Shown: piece after piece, positions 26,699 through 35,344 of the stretch
Layout of the letters: the number at the start of each line of letters is the position of its first letter
How positions within the stretch are numbered: the stretch's first letter is position 1
Assembly: GCA_910587935.1 (NCBI GenBank)
Contig: CAJUNP010000013.1
Coordinates: forward strand, 2,070 to 66,069
Direction: 5' to 3'
Source: an uncultured Lachnospiraceae bacterium
GTDB lineage: Bacteria > Bacillota > Clostridia > Lachnospirales > Lachnospiraceae
Length of the DNA: 64,000 nt
Translations under genes and position numbers: made by a program
The notes under the pieces: generated by a model
Told to the model about the DNA's origin: nothing
What the model saw: only the letters and a program-made list of their open reading frames with translations
Databases searched by the model: none

Positions 26699-28528
26699 TC
26701 AGGCGACAGGTATTTTAAGAACCTGGCCGATATTCAGCAGATCTCCGGTTAATCCATTCAATTTCTGAATTGCGCTTACCGTTGTTCCATATTGCCTGGA
26801 AAGCAGCCATAAGGTGTCTCCCGGCTGAACCACATGGGAAATATAGGAACCGCCGTTTTGCATGACGGGAACCTTTAACACCTGACCGATATTCAGCAAA
26901 TCGCTTGTTAATCCGTTTAATTTCTTCAGCGTATCCACCGTTGTCTGGTATTTTCTGGCGATAAGCCATAAACTGTCGCCGGCTTTCACCACATATTCCA
27001 TAATTCCGGAATCGCTTCCGGAGGGAGGAACGGTCTGTTCGATTCCCAAATACGTTTGATACAGTGTCCGCCAGGTAAGAGGGCCTACGATGCCGTCGGG
27101 ATTTAACTGCATAAGCTGCTGGAACGCGATGACCGCCTGCCGGGTCCCGCTGCCGAAAACGCCGTCCTGGGCGGGGGCGGGGATTCCGGGGTAATATTCC
27201 GAGATAACGTTAAGCAGATACTGCAGGGTAATGACGTCGGGGCCTCTTGAACCCTGCCGCAGAGTGCTTGACGGCGGCACGGTACCGATTCCGAGAGAGT
27301 TTCCTTCGCTGTCTAATTCCGCAAGACGGGTAACGGCAGTATACAGGCTGGATATTTTGTACCAGGTGGACTTGCCCACGATACCGTCAGAGGTCAGATT
27401 AAAAATACTCTGAAATCTGCGTACGGCGTTTAGAGTACTGTCGCCAAACCTTCCGGCTTCGTCCGTAATCACGGGAATGGCGGGATAATTACGCCGGATT
27501 CTGTTCAGATACGTCTGGATTGTCTGTACGTCCAGTCCCGTACTGCCGATTTTTAAAGGGGTTCCCGGATAAGAAGATAACACGTTGGTGATTGCGTTTG
27601 TCTCGGCAATTTCTATGTCGTCCGGGTAATAGGAACGCAGGATCTGTATGGGGGTAAGTCCCTGATTTGCCAGGGTAACGGTTCCCCACTGGGACATTCC
27701 CTGACAGGATACGGAAGTGCCGTTGCAAAAGGAAGTAAAATACGGAGCGTTTTGCCCACGCCTGCGGACATACTCGTTAAAAATCAAATCTACGATCCTG
27801 CTGATGGAATCGTAGATGGGACGGCCATACACAAAGTATTGGTCATAGGCGGTGCTGTTTGTAATATCAAAGTTATAACCGCGGCTTTTGTACCATTCCG
27901 TATAAACCCGGTTTAAGGCGAAGGTAATGATCGCGTAAATATTAGCGGTCAGAGCAGGAACCGGCCAGGTGGGATAAATCTCGCTGCTGGCAACATTTTT
28001 TACGTAATCAGGAAAAGAAACCTGAACATTTGAAGCGGAAGAGTTCGGAGCGCCCAGATGTACCGTGATGGGATTGGGAATTACTACCTGGCGCAGCACA
28101 TAAGGGGAATCAATCGTTCCCTGCTGGCTGCGGGGCGTTTCCATGGCCACCGCCGGTTCCCCAACGGAAATTTCGGCCTGCCCCGGACTGCGCTGTGCTT
28201 CCTGCATGGGAATAAGGGCCATCGGAAGCCGGGCCGTTTCACTTTCAAAAACAGGTATATCCGAAACATAAAGGGAATTAAAACCTGCCGCCTGAGCCAG
28301 TACATTATAGCTTGTATAAGGGGAGCCGGAAAAGTATGGATTTGTGGAAAAATTCCTGCTGACCGTTTCTAAAGGAACGGACGGCGTTTCGCCGTTTTCG
28401 TCGGTGGTCAGCCGATAGACGGTGTTACCGGAGGCATCTGTGATTTTAATCTGTGCGCCGCCAAGAGGCAGAGCGTCGTGGGCGGTTCGTGTCTGTATGC
28501 TTAAAAAACCAATAGCCATGAATTTCAT
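26699..28528 (-). CDS. Peptidoglycan-binding protein: N-terminal beta-sandwich, SleC-like central domain, 2x PG_binding_1, 2x LysM
   Basis: 609 aa. LysM repeats YVVKAGDSLWLIARKYQTTVDTLKKLNGLTSDLLNIGQVLKVP and HVVQPGDTLWLLSRQYGTTVSAIQKLNGLTGDLLNIGQVLKIP. PG_binding_1 repeats GSTGLDVQTIQTYLN...DGIVGKSTW and GSRGPDVITLQYLLN...DGIVGPLTW. The central block YVKNVASSEIYPTWPVPALTANIYAIITFALNRVYTEWYKSRGYNFDITNSTAYDQ resembles clostridial cortex-lytic SleC. That resemblance is from memory, not a search. Confidence 0.6.
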   Translation of the reverse strand: MKFMAIGFLSIQTRTAHDALPLGGAQIKITDASGNTVYRLTTDENGETPSVPLETVSRNFSTNPYFSGSPYTSYNVLAQAAGFNSLYVSDIPVFESETARLPMALIPMQEAQRSPGQAEISVGEPAVAMETPRSQQGTIDSPYVLRQVVIPNPITVHLGAPNSSASNVQVSFPDYVKNVASSEIYPTWPVPALTANIYAIITFALNRVYTEWYKSRGYNFDITNSTAYDQYFVYGRPIYDSISRIVDLIFNEYVRRRGQNAPYFTSFCNGTSVSCQGMSQWGTVTLANQGLTPIQILRSYYPDDIEIAETNAITNVLSSYPGTPLKIGSTGLDVQTIQTYLNRIRRNYPAIPVITDEAGRFGDSTLNAVRRFQSIFNLTSDGIVGKSTWYKISSLYTAVTRLAELDSEGNSLGIGTVPPSSTLRQGSRGPDVITLQYLLNVISEYYPGIPAPAQDGVFGSGTRQAVIAFQQLMQLNPDGIVGPLTWRTLYQTYLGIEQTVPPSGSDSGIMEYVVKAGDSLWLIARKYQTTVDTLKKLNGLTSDLLNIGQVLKVPVMQNGGSYISHVVQPGDTLWLLSRQYGTTVSAIQKLNGLTGDLLNIGQVLKIPVA

Positions 28529-28606
28529 CTGCTCCTGTTTTTATAGAATATAAGTATGTGTAAGATATAAAAATAGTTACAATTTATAAGATTTCCCAAC
28601 ATAAAG

Positions 28607-28635
28607 TTGAAAAAATCAGGTATATCCCTTATAAT
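28607..28635 (+). promoter_or_regulatory. Sigma-A type promoter of the Hpt / HD-GYP / hybrid kinase operon
   Basis: TTGAAA (28607-28612), 17-nt spacer, TATAAT (28630-28635), 51 nt upstream of the GTG start. Confidence 0.55.
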
Positions 28636-28686
28636 GAAAAAGACTGACGGATTTAATTTGCGATAGAATCGTAAGGAGGTAATATT

Positions 28687-29037
28687 GTGGCTCTTTTGGA
28701 TGAATTAAAGGAACTGCATGTGGATGTGGAGCAGGCGTTGAGCTCTCTGGGAGGAAACAGCCCTCTGTATGAAAAGCTGATTTTTAAGTTATCCGCTATG
28801 ATCAGGGATTATGAGGTTACGGATGGATTTGAAGATAACGATTACCAGGAAATAATGGAAAAGGCCCATGCCCTGAAAGGAGCGACCGGGAACCTGGCCG
28901 TTACGCCTCTTTACAACGGTTATTCGGATATTGTGCGCCTTTTAAGGGAAGAACGGCCAAAACAGGCGAAGGAAGTGATCAGGACGATGCTTCCGGTTCA
29001 GGAAGAAATAATTCGGTGCATAGAAAAATACAGGTAA
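28687..29037 (+). CDS. Hpt (histidine phosphotransfer) domain protein
   Basis: GTG 28687 lies 7 nt after AAGGAGG, giving 116 aa. Phospho-His motif AHALKGATGNLAV (H-x-x-K-G). Confidence 0.8.
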   Translation: MALLDELKELHVDVEQALSSLGGNSPLYEKLIFKLSAMIRDYEVTDGFEDNDYQEIMEKAHALKGATGNLAVTPLYNGYSDIVRLLREERPKQAKEVIRTMLPVQEEIIRCIEKYR

Positions 29038-29065
29038 CTTTTGGCAGTTTACATCGGAGGTTTGA

Positions 29066-30103
29066 ATGAATAATAAAAAGACAATCCTGATTGTTGACGA
29101 CATCGAGATCAATCGCATGATCCTGGCAGAGATTTTTGGCGACAGTTATCATATTGTTGAAGCGGACGGCGGCCGTAAAGCGATTGAACTGATTAACGCG
29201 CGTGAGGATATTTCGGCGGTTCTTTTAGACCTGCTGATGCCGGATATCAACGGTTTGGAGGTTTTAAAAGATATGAACCGGAGCGGCGCCATTAAGCGCA
29301 TACCGGTTTTTCTGATTACAGCGGCGGACAGCCGGGAAATGTTAATGGAAGGTTATAATCTCGGCGCTATCGACGTGATAATGAAGCCTTTTATGGCACA
29401 TTTCCTGAAATGCAGAATCAGCAGTGTGATCGAACTGTATGAATACAGAAAAGAACTGGAAAGTGTCGTACATAAGCAGACGAAGCGTCTTCATCAGATG
29501 ATGCGGTCCGTGATCGAAGTTCTGGCTACGGCCGTCGAGTTTCGGGACTGTGAATCGGGAGAACATGTAAAGCGGATCTGCGGACTGACCAGGACCTTAA
29601 TGACGGAAGTGAGCAATATGTACCCGGAGTACCGTCTTTCGGAGGAAGAGATCGATAAGATCGCCGCATCTGCGGCGCTTCACGACGTAGGTAAAATTTC
29701 CATTCCCGACAGTATTCTGAACAAACCCGGCAGGCTTACCGCGGAAGAATTTGACATTATGAAACAGCATACGGTTAAGGGATGTGAGCTATTATCCAGT
29801 ATCCCTGATATAATGGAACTCGGAGTTTACAGCTACGGATACGATATCTGCCGGCATCATCATGAACGCTGGGACGGAAAGGGATACCCGGACGGTCTAA
29901 GCGGAGACGACATTTCCATATGGGCGCAGGTGGTTGCGGTAGCGGATGTTTACGATGCGTTAACTTCTCCCAGGGTTTATAAAAAAGCGTTTTCCCATGA
30001 TACGGCTATGACCATGATATTCGGCGGCGAATGCGGGGTATTTAATCCCAAGATACTGAAGGCCATGGAGCGTGTCATGAATAATCAGAGTAAAGAAAAT
30101 TAA
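29066..30103 (+). CDS. Response regulator with HD-GYP output domain (c-di-GMP phosphodiesterase type, RpfG-like)
   Basis: REC: ILIVDDIEINRMIL, VLLDLLMPDINGLE, VIMKPF. HD-GYP: AAALHDVGKISIPDSILNKPGRLTAEEFDIMKQHT and HHERWDGKGYPDGL. Confidence 0.9.
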   Translation: MNNKKTILIVDDIEINRMILAEIFGDSYHIVEADGGRKAIELINAREDISAVLLDLLMPDINGLEVLKDMNRSGAIKRIPVFLITAADSREMLMEGYNLGAIDVIMKPFMAHFLKCRISSVIELYEYRKELESVVHKQTKRLHQMMRSVIEVLATAVEFRDCESGEHVKRICGLTRTLMTEVSNMYPEYRLSEEEIDKIAASAALHDVGKISIPDSILNKPGRLTAEEFDIMKQHTVKGCELLSSIPDIMELGVYSYGYDICRHHHERWDGKGYPDGLSGDDISIWAQVVAVADVYDALTSPRVYKKAFSHDTAMTMIFGGECGVFNPKILKAMERVMNNQSKEN

Positions 30104-30145
30104 CGGTGAATCCGGTATGCGCCGGATTTCAGGGAGCGGTGGAAG

Positions 30146-32698
30146 ATGAACAAAAACGGTATAAGATTTTTAATAAGCAGTTTCATAGTATTTGTTTGTA
30201 CCTGCATTCTTGTTTTTATTATGCTTGCCGTATTTATGACAGGCAGAACGGATCGGGCCATTCAGGATCTGAGTCAGATTTATCTGGCGGAAATCAACGA
30301 ACAGGTGCAGCAGAAATTTCGAACCACGATAGATCTTCGACTGGAACAGGTTGAAGGGACGATACAGAGAACGCCGCCCGATTCGGAATTAAGTGAAGAA
30401 GAAATTCGTAAAGAACTGCAGATCAGCGCCGAAGTAAGAGGTTTTGACTGGCTGGCTTTCTGTATGGGCGACGGCGCCGTGGATACAATTTGCGGCAAGG
30501 AGGTTGAGATTGAACGTGAAAAGCTGCAGGAAAATCTTGACCAAGGGGATTACATCATCGTTTGGGGAACACAGTCCCAGGATAAACGGATGCTTGTTTT
30601 CGGAATACATGCGCAGTACCGTCTGGAGAATGGAGAACAGAGCGCCGCGTTAATCGCTGCCATTCCGATGGAAGATATGGCGAAAGTCCTGTTTGAAAAC
30701 AAAGGAGATTCAAAAGTAACCTCACATCTGGTTGATTATAACGGTAATTTTATTATCCGTAACGGAGACGCTTTTCGGGAAAGCTATTTCGAACGTCTGC
30801 TGGCAATGGTCGATTCATCCCAGGGAAAAACTGCGGATGATTACATTCGGGAAATTCAGGCTTCCATGGACGCGGGAGAAGATTATATAGCCACCGTATC
30901 CACGGAAAATGAGAGCAGTTATCTGTCTTGTACAAAGCTTTCGCTGGATACGGACTGGTATTTGATTAATGTTATACCGGCTACCGTTTTTGGAGATGTG
31001 GTTAATGATTTGGACAAAATGCGGAGCATCGTAATGCTGGCTTCCGTTATTGTGATTTTGCTTATAATTTCGTATATTTTCTATAGATATTACGAGCAGA
31101 CGCGGGCGCAGGTTAAAATGCTGGAAGAGTCCAGGGAAGAGGCCAGAAGTGCCAGCGCGGCTAAGAGTGAATTTCTGGCAAGTATGAGCCACGATATCCG
31201 TACGCCTATGAACGCTATTATCGGAATGACAGAAATAGCCAGAAAAAATGTCGAGGATCGTGACCGGATAGAGGAATGTCTTGGAAAGATTATGTTATCC
31301 AGCAAGCATTTGCTGGGACTGATTAACGATGTTTTAGATATGTCCAAGATTGAGAGCGGTAAAATGACGCTGAATATGACGCCTGTTTCCCTGCGCGATA
31401 CGATGGATGACATCGTTAATATTATAAGGCCGCAGGTCAGATCCAGAGAAGAGCATTTTGACGTGTATATCCGGAATATTATTTCAGAGAACGTAATCTG
31501 CGACGGCGTACGTTTGAATCAGGTGCTGCTGAATCTGGTTTCCAACGCGGTAAAGTTTACGATGGAAGGCGGCAAAATAGATATTTATATGAATCAGGAG
31601 CCGTCCGAACGCGGGGATAACTATGTAAGAACACATTTTAAGGTAGAAGATAACGGAATAGGCATGTCCGAGGACTTCCTGAAGAGAATTTTTGATACGT
31701 TCGCGAGAGAAGAGACGGGAGCAGCGCGCAATATAGCAGGAACCGGTCTTGGAATGTCCATTACCAAAAGCATAATAGATATGATGGGCGGGACGATCGA
31801 GATACAAAGCGAGCTTGGAAAGGGGAGTTCCTTCCATGTGGTTCTGGATCTGGAAAAAGCTGATGAAGACGGCAGACATATGACGCTTCCGTCATGGAAA
31901 ATTCTGGTGGTGGACGATGATGAAATGCTGTGTCTGAGCGCCGTCTCCAATTTGGAAGAGATGGGGGTTACTGCGGAATGGACACTGTATGGAGATGATG
32001 CCATCCGAAGAGTAAAGGAGCAGTACGATAACGGCGCCGGTTACGATTTTGTTCTTGTAGACTGGAAGATGCCGAATATGAACGGAATTGAAATTGTCCG
32101 CGCAATCCGTAAGTCTCTGGATAAAAAAGTACCCATTTTTCTGATGTCTGCGTATGACTGGACGGATATAGAAGACGGACTCGCTCCCGAGGATGAAGTG
32201 GAAGGATTTATCAGTAAACCGTTGTTTAAATCTACCTTGTACGCAAAACTGAACCACTATATGGATAAAGAAGAGGGAGAAGCGGATGAGCAGGATGAGC
32301 CCGCGGTAGATTTTGGAGGAAAGCACATTTTAATGTCGGAAGATATCGACTTAAACTGGGAAGTGGCTTATGAAATTTTATCGGAATTCGGATTAATTAT
32401 AGATCGTGCGGTAAACGGAAAAGAATGTGTGGAAATGTTTGAAAAAACGGAACCCGGCTATTACGACGCGGTTCTTATGGATATCCGGATGCCGGTTATG
32501 AATGGCTATGACGCTACGATGGCAATCCGTGCGCTGGATCGTCCGGATAAAAATCTGCCGATTATAGCCATGACTGCCGACGCTTTTTCCGACGACGCAC
32601 AGCATTGTCTGGAGTGCGGCATGGACGCGCATGTTGCCAAGCCCATCGACATACAGGAATGTATACGGATTCTGAGTAAGTATCTGAATCGGGATTAA
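30146..32698 (+). CDS. Hybrid sensor histidine kinase (TM-flanked extracytoplasmic sensor, HisKA, HATPase_c, two receiver domains)
   Basis: 850 aa. TM1 FLISSFIVFVCTCILVFIMLAVF and TM2 IVMLASVIVILLIISYIF flank a roughly 260-aa sensor. H-box FLASMSHDIRTPMNAIIGM, N-box LNLVSNAVKFT, G-box GTGLGMSITKSIIDMMGG. REC1: ILVVDDDEM...VLVDWKMPNMNG...FISKPL. REC2: ILMSEDIDLN...VLMDIRMPVMNG...HVAKPI. Confidence 0.9.
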   Translation: MNKNGIRFLISSFIVFVCTCILVFIMLAVFMTGRTDRAIQDLSQIYLAEINEQVQQKFRTTIDLRLEQVEGTIQRTPPDSELSEEEIRKELQISAEVRGFDWLAFCMGDGAVDTICGKEVEIEREKLQENLDQGDYIIVWGTQSQDKRMLVFGIHAQYRLENGEQSAALIAAIPMEDMAKVLFENKGDSKVTSHLVDYNGNFIIRNGDAFRESYFERLLAMVDSSQGKTADDYIREIQASMDAGEDYIATVSTENESSYLSCTKLSLDTDWYLINVIPATVFGDVVNDLDKMRSIVMLASVIVILLIISYIFYRYYEQTRAQVKMLEESREEARSASAAKSEFLASMSHDIRTPMNAIIGMTEIARKNVEDRDRIEECLGKIMLSSKHLLGLINDVLDMSKIESGKMTLNMTPVSLRDTMDDIVNIIRPQVRSREEHFDVYIRNIISENVICDGVRLNQVLLNLVSNAVKFTMEGGKIDIYMNQEPSERGDNYVRTHFKVEDNGIGMSEDFLKRIFDTFAREETGAARNIAGTGLGMSITKSIIDMMGGTIEIQSELGKGSSFHVVLDLEKADEDGRHMTLPSWKILVVDDDEMLCLSAVSNLEEMGVTAEWTLYGDDAIRRVKEQYDNGAGYDFVLVDWKMPNMNGIEIVRAIRKSLDKKVPIFLMSAYDWTDIEDGLAPEDEVEGFISKPLFKSTLYAKLNHYMDKEEGEADEQDEPAVDFGGKHILMSEDIDLNWEVAYEILSEFGLIIDRAVNGKECVEMFEKTEPGYYDAVLMDIRMPVMNGYDATMAIRALDRPDKNLPIIAMTADAFSDDAQHCLECGMDAHVAKPIDIQECIRILSKYLNRD

Positions 32699-32724
32699 CC
32701 GCCGGGAAAGGTACGGGGATACAA

Positions 32725-33399
32725 ATGACGAAAAAGAAACTTGCACTCACCATTATTGATCGTTTAAAACAGGAATATCCCGACGCAGGGTGCTCCCTGG
32801 AATATAACCAGGCATGGAAGCTGCTTGTCAGTGTCAGGCTGGCTGCGCAGTGTACGGACGCGCGTGTGAATGTGGTAGTTCAGGATTTGTATGAAAAATT
32901 TCCAAGTGTGGAGACCCTTGCATCGGCGGACGTAAAAGAAATTGAAAAGATTGTCAGACCCTGCGGTCTGGGAAACAGCAAGGCCAGGGACATCAGCGCC
33001 TGCATGAAGGTTTTGCGTGATCAGTATCAGGGTAATGTTCCGGAGGATTTTGAGGCGCTTTTAAAGCTTCCGGGCGTGGGACGCAAGAGTGCGAACCTGA
33101 TTATGGGCGATGTGTTTGGCAAGCCGGCTATTGTAACGGATACCCATTGTATCCGACTGACAAACCGTATGGGGCTGGTGGATCATATAAAAGAGCCGGC
33201 AAAGGTGGAAAAAGAGCTTTGGAAGATTATCCCGCCGGAGGAAGGCAGCGATTTCTGCCATCGTCTGGTTTACCACGGAAGGGATATATGCACTGCCAGA
33301 ACGGCGCCGCACTGTGACCGCTGCTGTTTAAAGGATATATGCGCCAGGGAAGGTGTAGCATCGGATTTACCGGCAAACGGAAAGGGAAAAACAAAATAA
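32725..33399 (+). CDS. nth: Endonuclease III (DNA-(apurinic/apyrimidinic site) lyase)
   Basis: 224 aa. HhH-GPD motif LLKLPGVGRKSANLIMG ... VTDTHCIRL. C-terminal 4-Cys FeS loop CTARTAPHCDRCCLKDIC. Confidence 0.9.
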   Translation: MTKKKLALTIIDRLKQEYPDAGCSLEYNQAWKLLVSVRLAAQCTDARVNVVVQDLYEKFPSVETLASADVKEIEKIVRPCGLGNSKARDISACMKVLRDQYQGNVPEDFEALLKLPGVGRKSANLIMGDVFGKPAIVTDTHCIRLTNRMGLVDHIKEPAKVEKELWKIIPPEEGSDFCHRLVYHGRDICTARTAPHCDRCCLKDICAREGVASDLPANGKGKTK

Positions 33400-33600
33400 A
33401 TGGAAAAGACATATAAGCAACGGTATTTGGACGGAGAAATCGAATTTGAAACAATCGATGATTATAGCTTTACATGGGGGACGGGAGATGATCCCCGGAC
33501 ACTCTGCCAGTACCTGGGATTAAACGAAGAAGAAGAAGACGCGTGGATCAGTATCGGGGAAGATGCGCTGCGAGACCTTTTAGACAGGCAAAAAAAGTAA
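33400..33600 (+). CDS. Small acidic hypothetical protein (66 aa)
   Basis: The ATG immediately follows the nth stop (TAAATG), so the two may be translationally coupled. No motif. Confidence 0.4.
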   Translation: MEKTYKQRYLDGEIEFETIDDYSFTWGTGDDPRTLCQYLGLNEEEEDAWISIGEDALRDLLDRQKK

Positions 33601-33602
33601 TA

Positions 33603-33646
33603 AAAAAGGACTAAATCCTGATTTCCAATGGATTTAGTCTTTTTTT
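33603..33646. terminator. Bidirectional rho-independent terminator
   Basis: AAAAAGGACTAAATCC (33603-33618) pairs with GGATTTAGTCTTTTTTT (33630-33646). Confidence 0.8.
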
Positions 33647-33676
33647 CGGCGTGAAGCCTTAGAAAATCTCTTCACG

Positions 33677-35128
33677 CTAACTTTCACAGGTCACATGCAT
33701 CCCCAGCCGTTTAAATGTATTTTCATCTACCGAAGAGAGCAGAACCGTAGAATGTACTTCACAGCTTTTCAGTTTGGGAAGCTGATTCAGGGCCTTTAAC
33801 GCTTCAGGATCGTTGGCGGCGCTCATGGAAAGCGCAATTAGAATTTCATCCGTGTGAAGTCTCGGATTTTTGCTGCCAAGATACTGTGTTTTTAATGTCT
33901 GGATCGGCTCAATGGCGGAAGGTGCTACCATATGAAGATCGGGATCGATCTGCGCTTCATATTTCAGGGCGTTTAACAGCGCGGCGGCCGAAGAACCCAG
34001 CAAATCCGAGGTTTTTCCTGTAATTAAGGTTCCGTCGTTCATTTGGATTGCAACTGCCGGGAGTCCCGTTTCCTCAGCGCGTTTTTTTGCGGCGGCAATT
34101 ACCTTGCGGTTTTCAATGGTGATATCGGCCTGCTGCATAAGCAGTTCCAGTTTATAAATAATGTCCTTTGTGCCAAGCCCCCGTTTAAAATCGCTCAGCG
34201 CATGATAATAGCGCCGGATAATTTCCTGCTTGGATGCCTCACGGCAGACTTCATCGTCAACAATACAATTTCCGGCCATGTTAACGCCCATATCCGTAGG
34301 AGATTTATAGGGACTTTTGCCGGCGATCCGTTCAAACATAGCGTTTAAAACAGGAAAAATCTCAACGTCCCGGTTATAATTTACGGTAGTTTCTCCATAA
34401 GCTTCCAGATGGAAGGGATCAATCATATTGATATCGTTTAAGTCGGCCGTAGCCGCCTCATATGCAAGGTTTACAGGGTGTTTTAAAGGCAGATTCCAGA
34501 TGGGGAAGGTTTCAAATTTGGCATAGCCGGCTTTAACGCCTCTTTTGTGTTCATGATACAGCTGAGAAAGGCAGGTAGCCATTTTGCCGCTTCCGGGTCC
34601 CGGCGCCGTAATTACGACAAGCGGTCTGGAAGTTTCCACATATTCGTTTTTGCCGTAACCCTCGTCGCTGACGATTAAAGGCACGTTGCCCGGATAACCT
34701 TCTATAGGATAGTGAAGGTAAGAACGGATATGCAGGTTTTTTAATCGGTTGCGGTATTTGTCGGCGGCAGGCTGACCGGCATACTTTGTAATGACGACGC
34801 CGCCCACTTCAAATCCCATTTTTTTGAATACGTCTATCAAACGGAGCAGATCTTCGTCATATGTAATTCCCAGGTCGCCGCGAACCTTATTCTGCTCGAT
34901 GGATTCCGCGCTGATAACCAGAATGATTTCGGTCTGGTCACGCAGTTCCAGCAACATTTTCAGCTTACTGTCGGGCTCAAAACCGGGAAGGACTCTGGAC
35001 GCATGAAAATCATCAAAAAGCTTGCCTCCAAATTCCAGATAAAGCTTATTGTCAAACTGTTCAATTCGCTCCCGGATGTGCTGAGACTGCATTTTCAGAT
35101 ATCGACTGTTGCTAAAACCGGTTTTCAT
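33677..35128 (-). CDS. DUF1846 (UPF0371) family protein
   Basis: ATG 35128 follows AAGGGGGA. The N-terminus MKTGFSNSRYLKMQSQHIRERIEQFDNKLYLEFGGKLFDDFHASRVLPGFEPDSK is characteristic of the family. 483 aa. Confidence 0.75.
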   Translation of the reverse strand: MKTGFSNSRYLKMQSQHIRERIEQFDNKLYLEFGGKLFDDFHASRVLPGFEPDSKLKMLLELRDQTEIILVISAESIEQNKVRGDLGITYDEDLLRLIDVFKKMGFEVGGVVITKYAGQPAADKYRNRLKNLHIRSYLHYPIEGYPGNVPLIVSDEGYGKNEYVETSRPLVVITAPGPGSGKMATCLSQLYHEHKRGVKAGYAKFETFPIWNLPLKHPVNLAYEAATADLNDINMIDPFHLEAYGETTVNYNRDVEIFPVLNAMFERIAGKSPYKSPTDMGVNMAGNCIVDDEVCREASKQEIIRRYYHALSDFKRGLGTKDIIYKLELLMQQADITIENRKVIAAAKKRAEETGLPAVAIQMNDGTLITGKTSDLLGSSAAALLNALKYEAQIDPDLHMVAPSAIEPIQTLKTQYLGSKNPRLHTDEILIALSMSAANDPEALKALNQLPKLKSCEVHSTVLLSSVDENTFKRLGMHVTCES

Positions 35129-35344
35129 ACGTAAGTCCCCCTTGAGGTCAAAATTTAACATTCCCCTATTATACAATGGATATTATAGAAAAATCTACTG
35201 TTTGCGCCAAAAAATTTAGAAATCTTTTATATATTTGAAAAAGTTTTATAATTAAGTTATTGATTTTATAATTTACAGTCTCTATAATGAAAGAAACGTG
35301 CAAAAGCGCGCTTTATGAAAAGAATATCTGGAAATGGAGCATGT

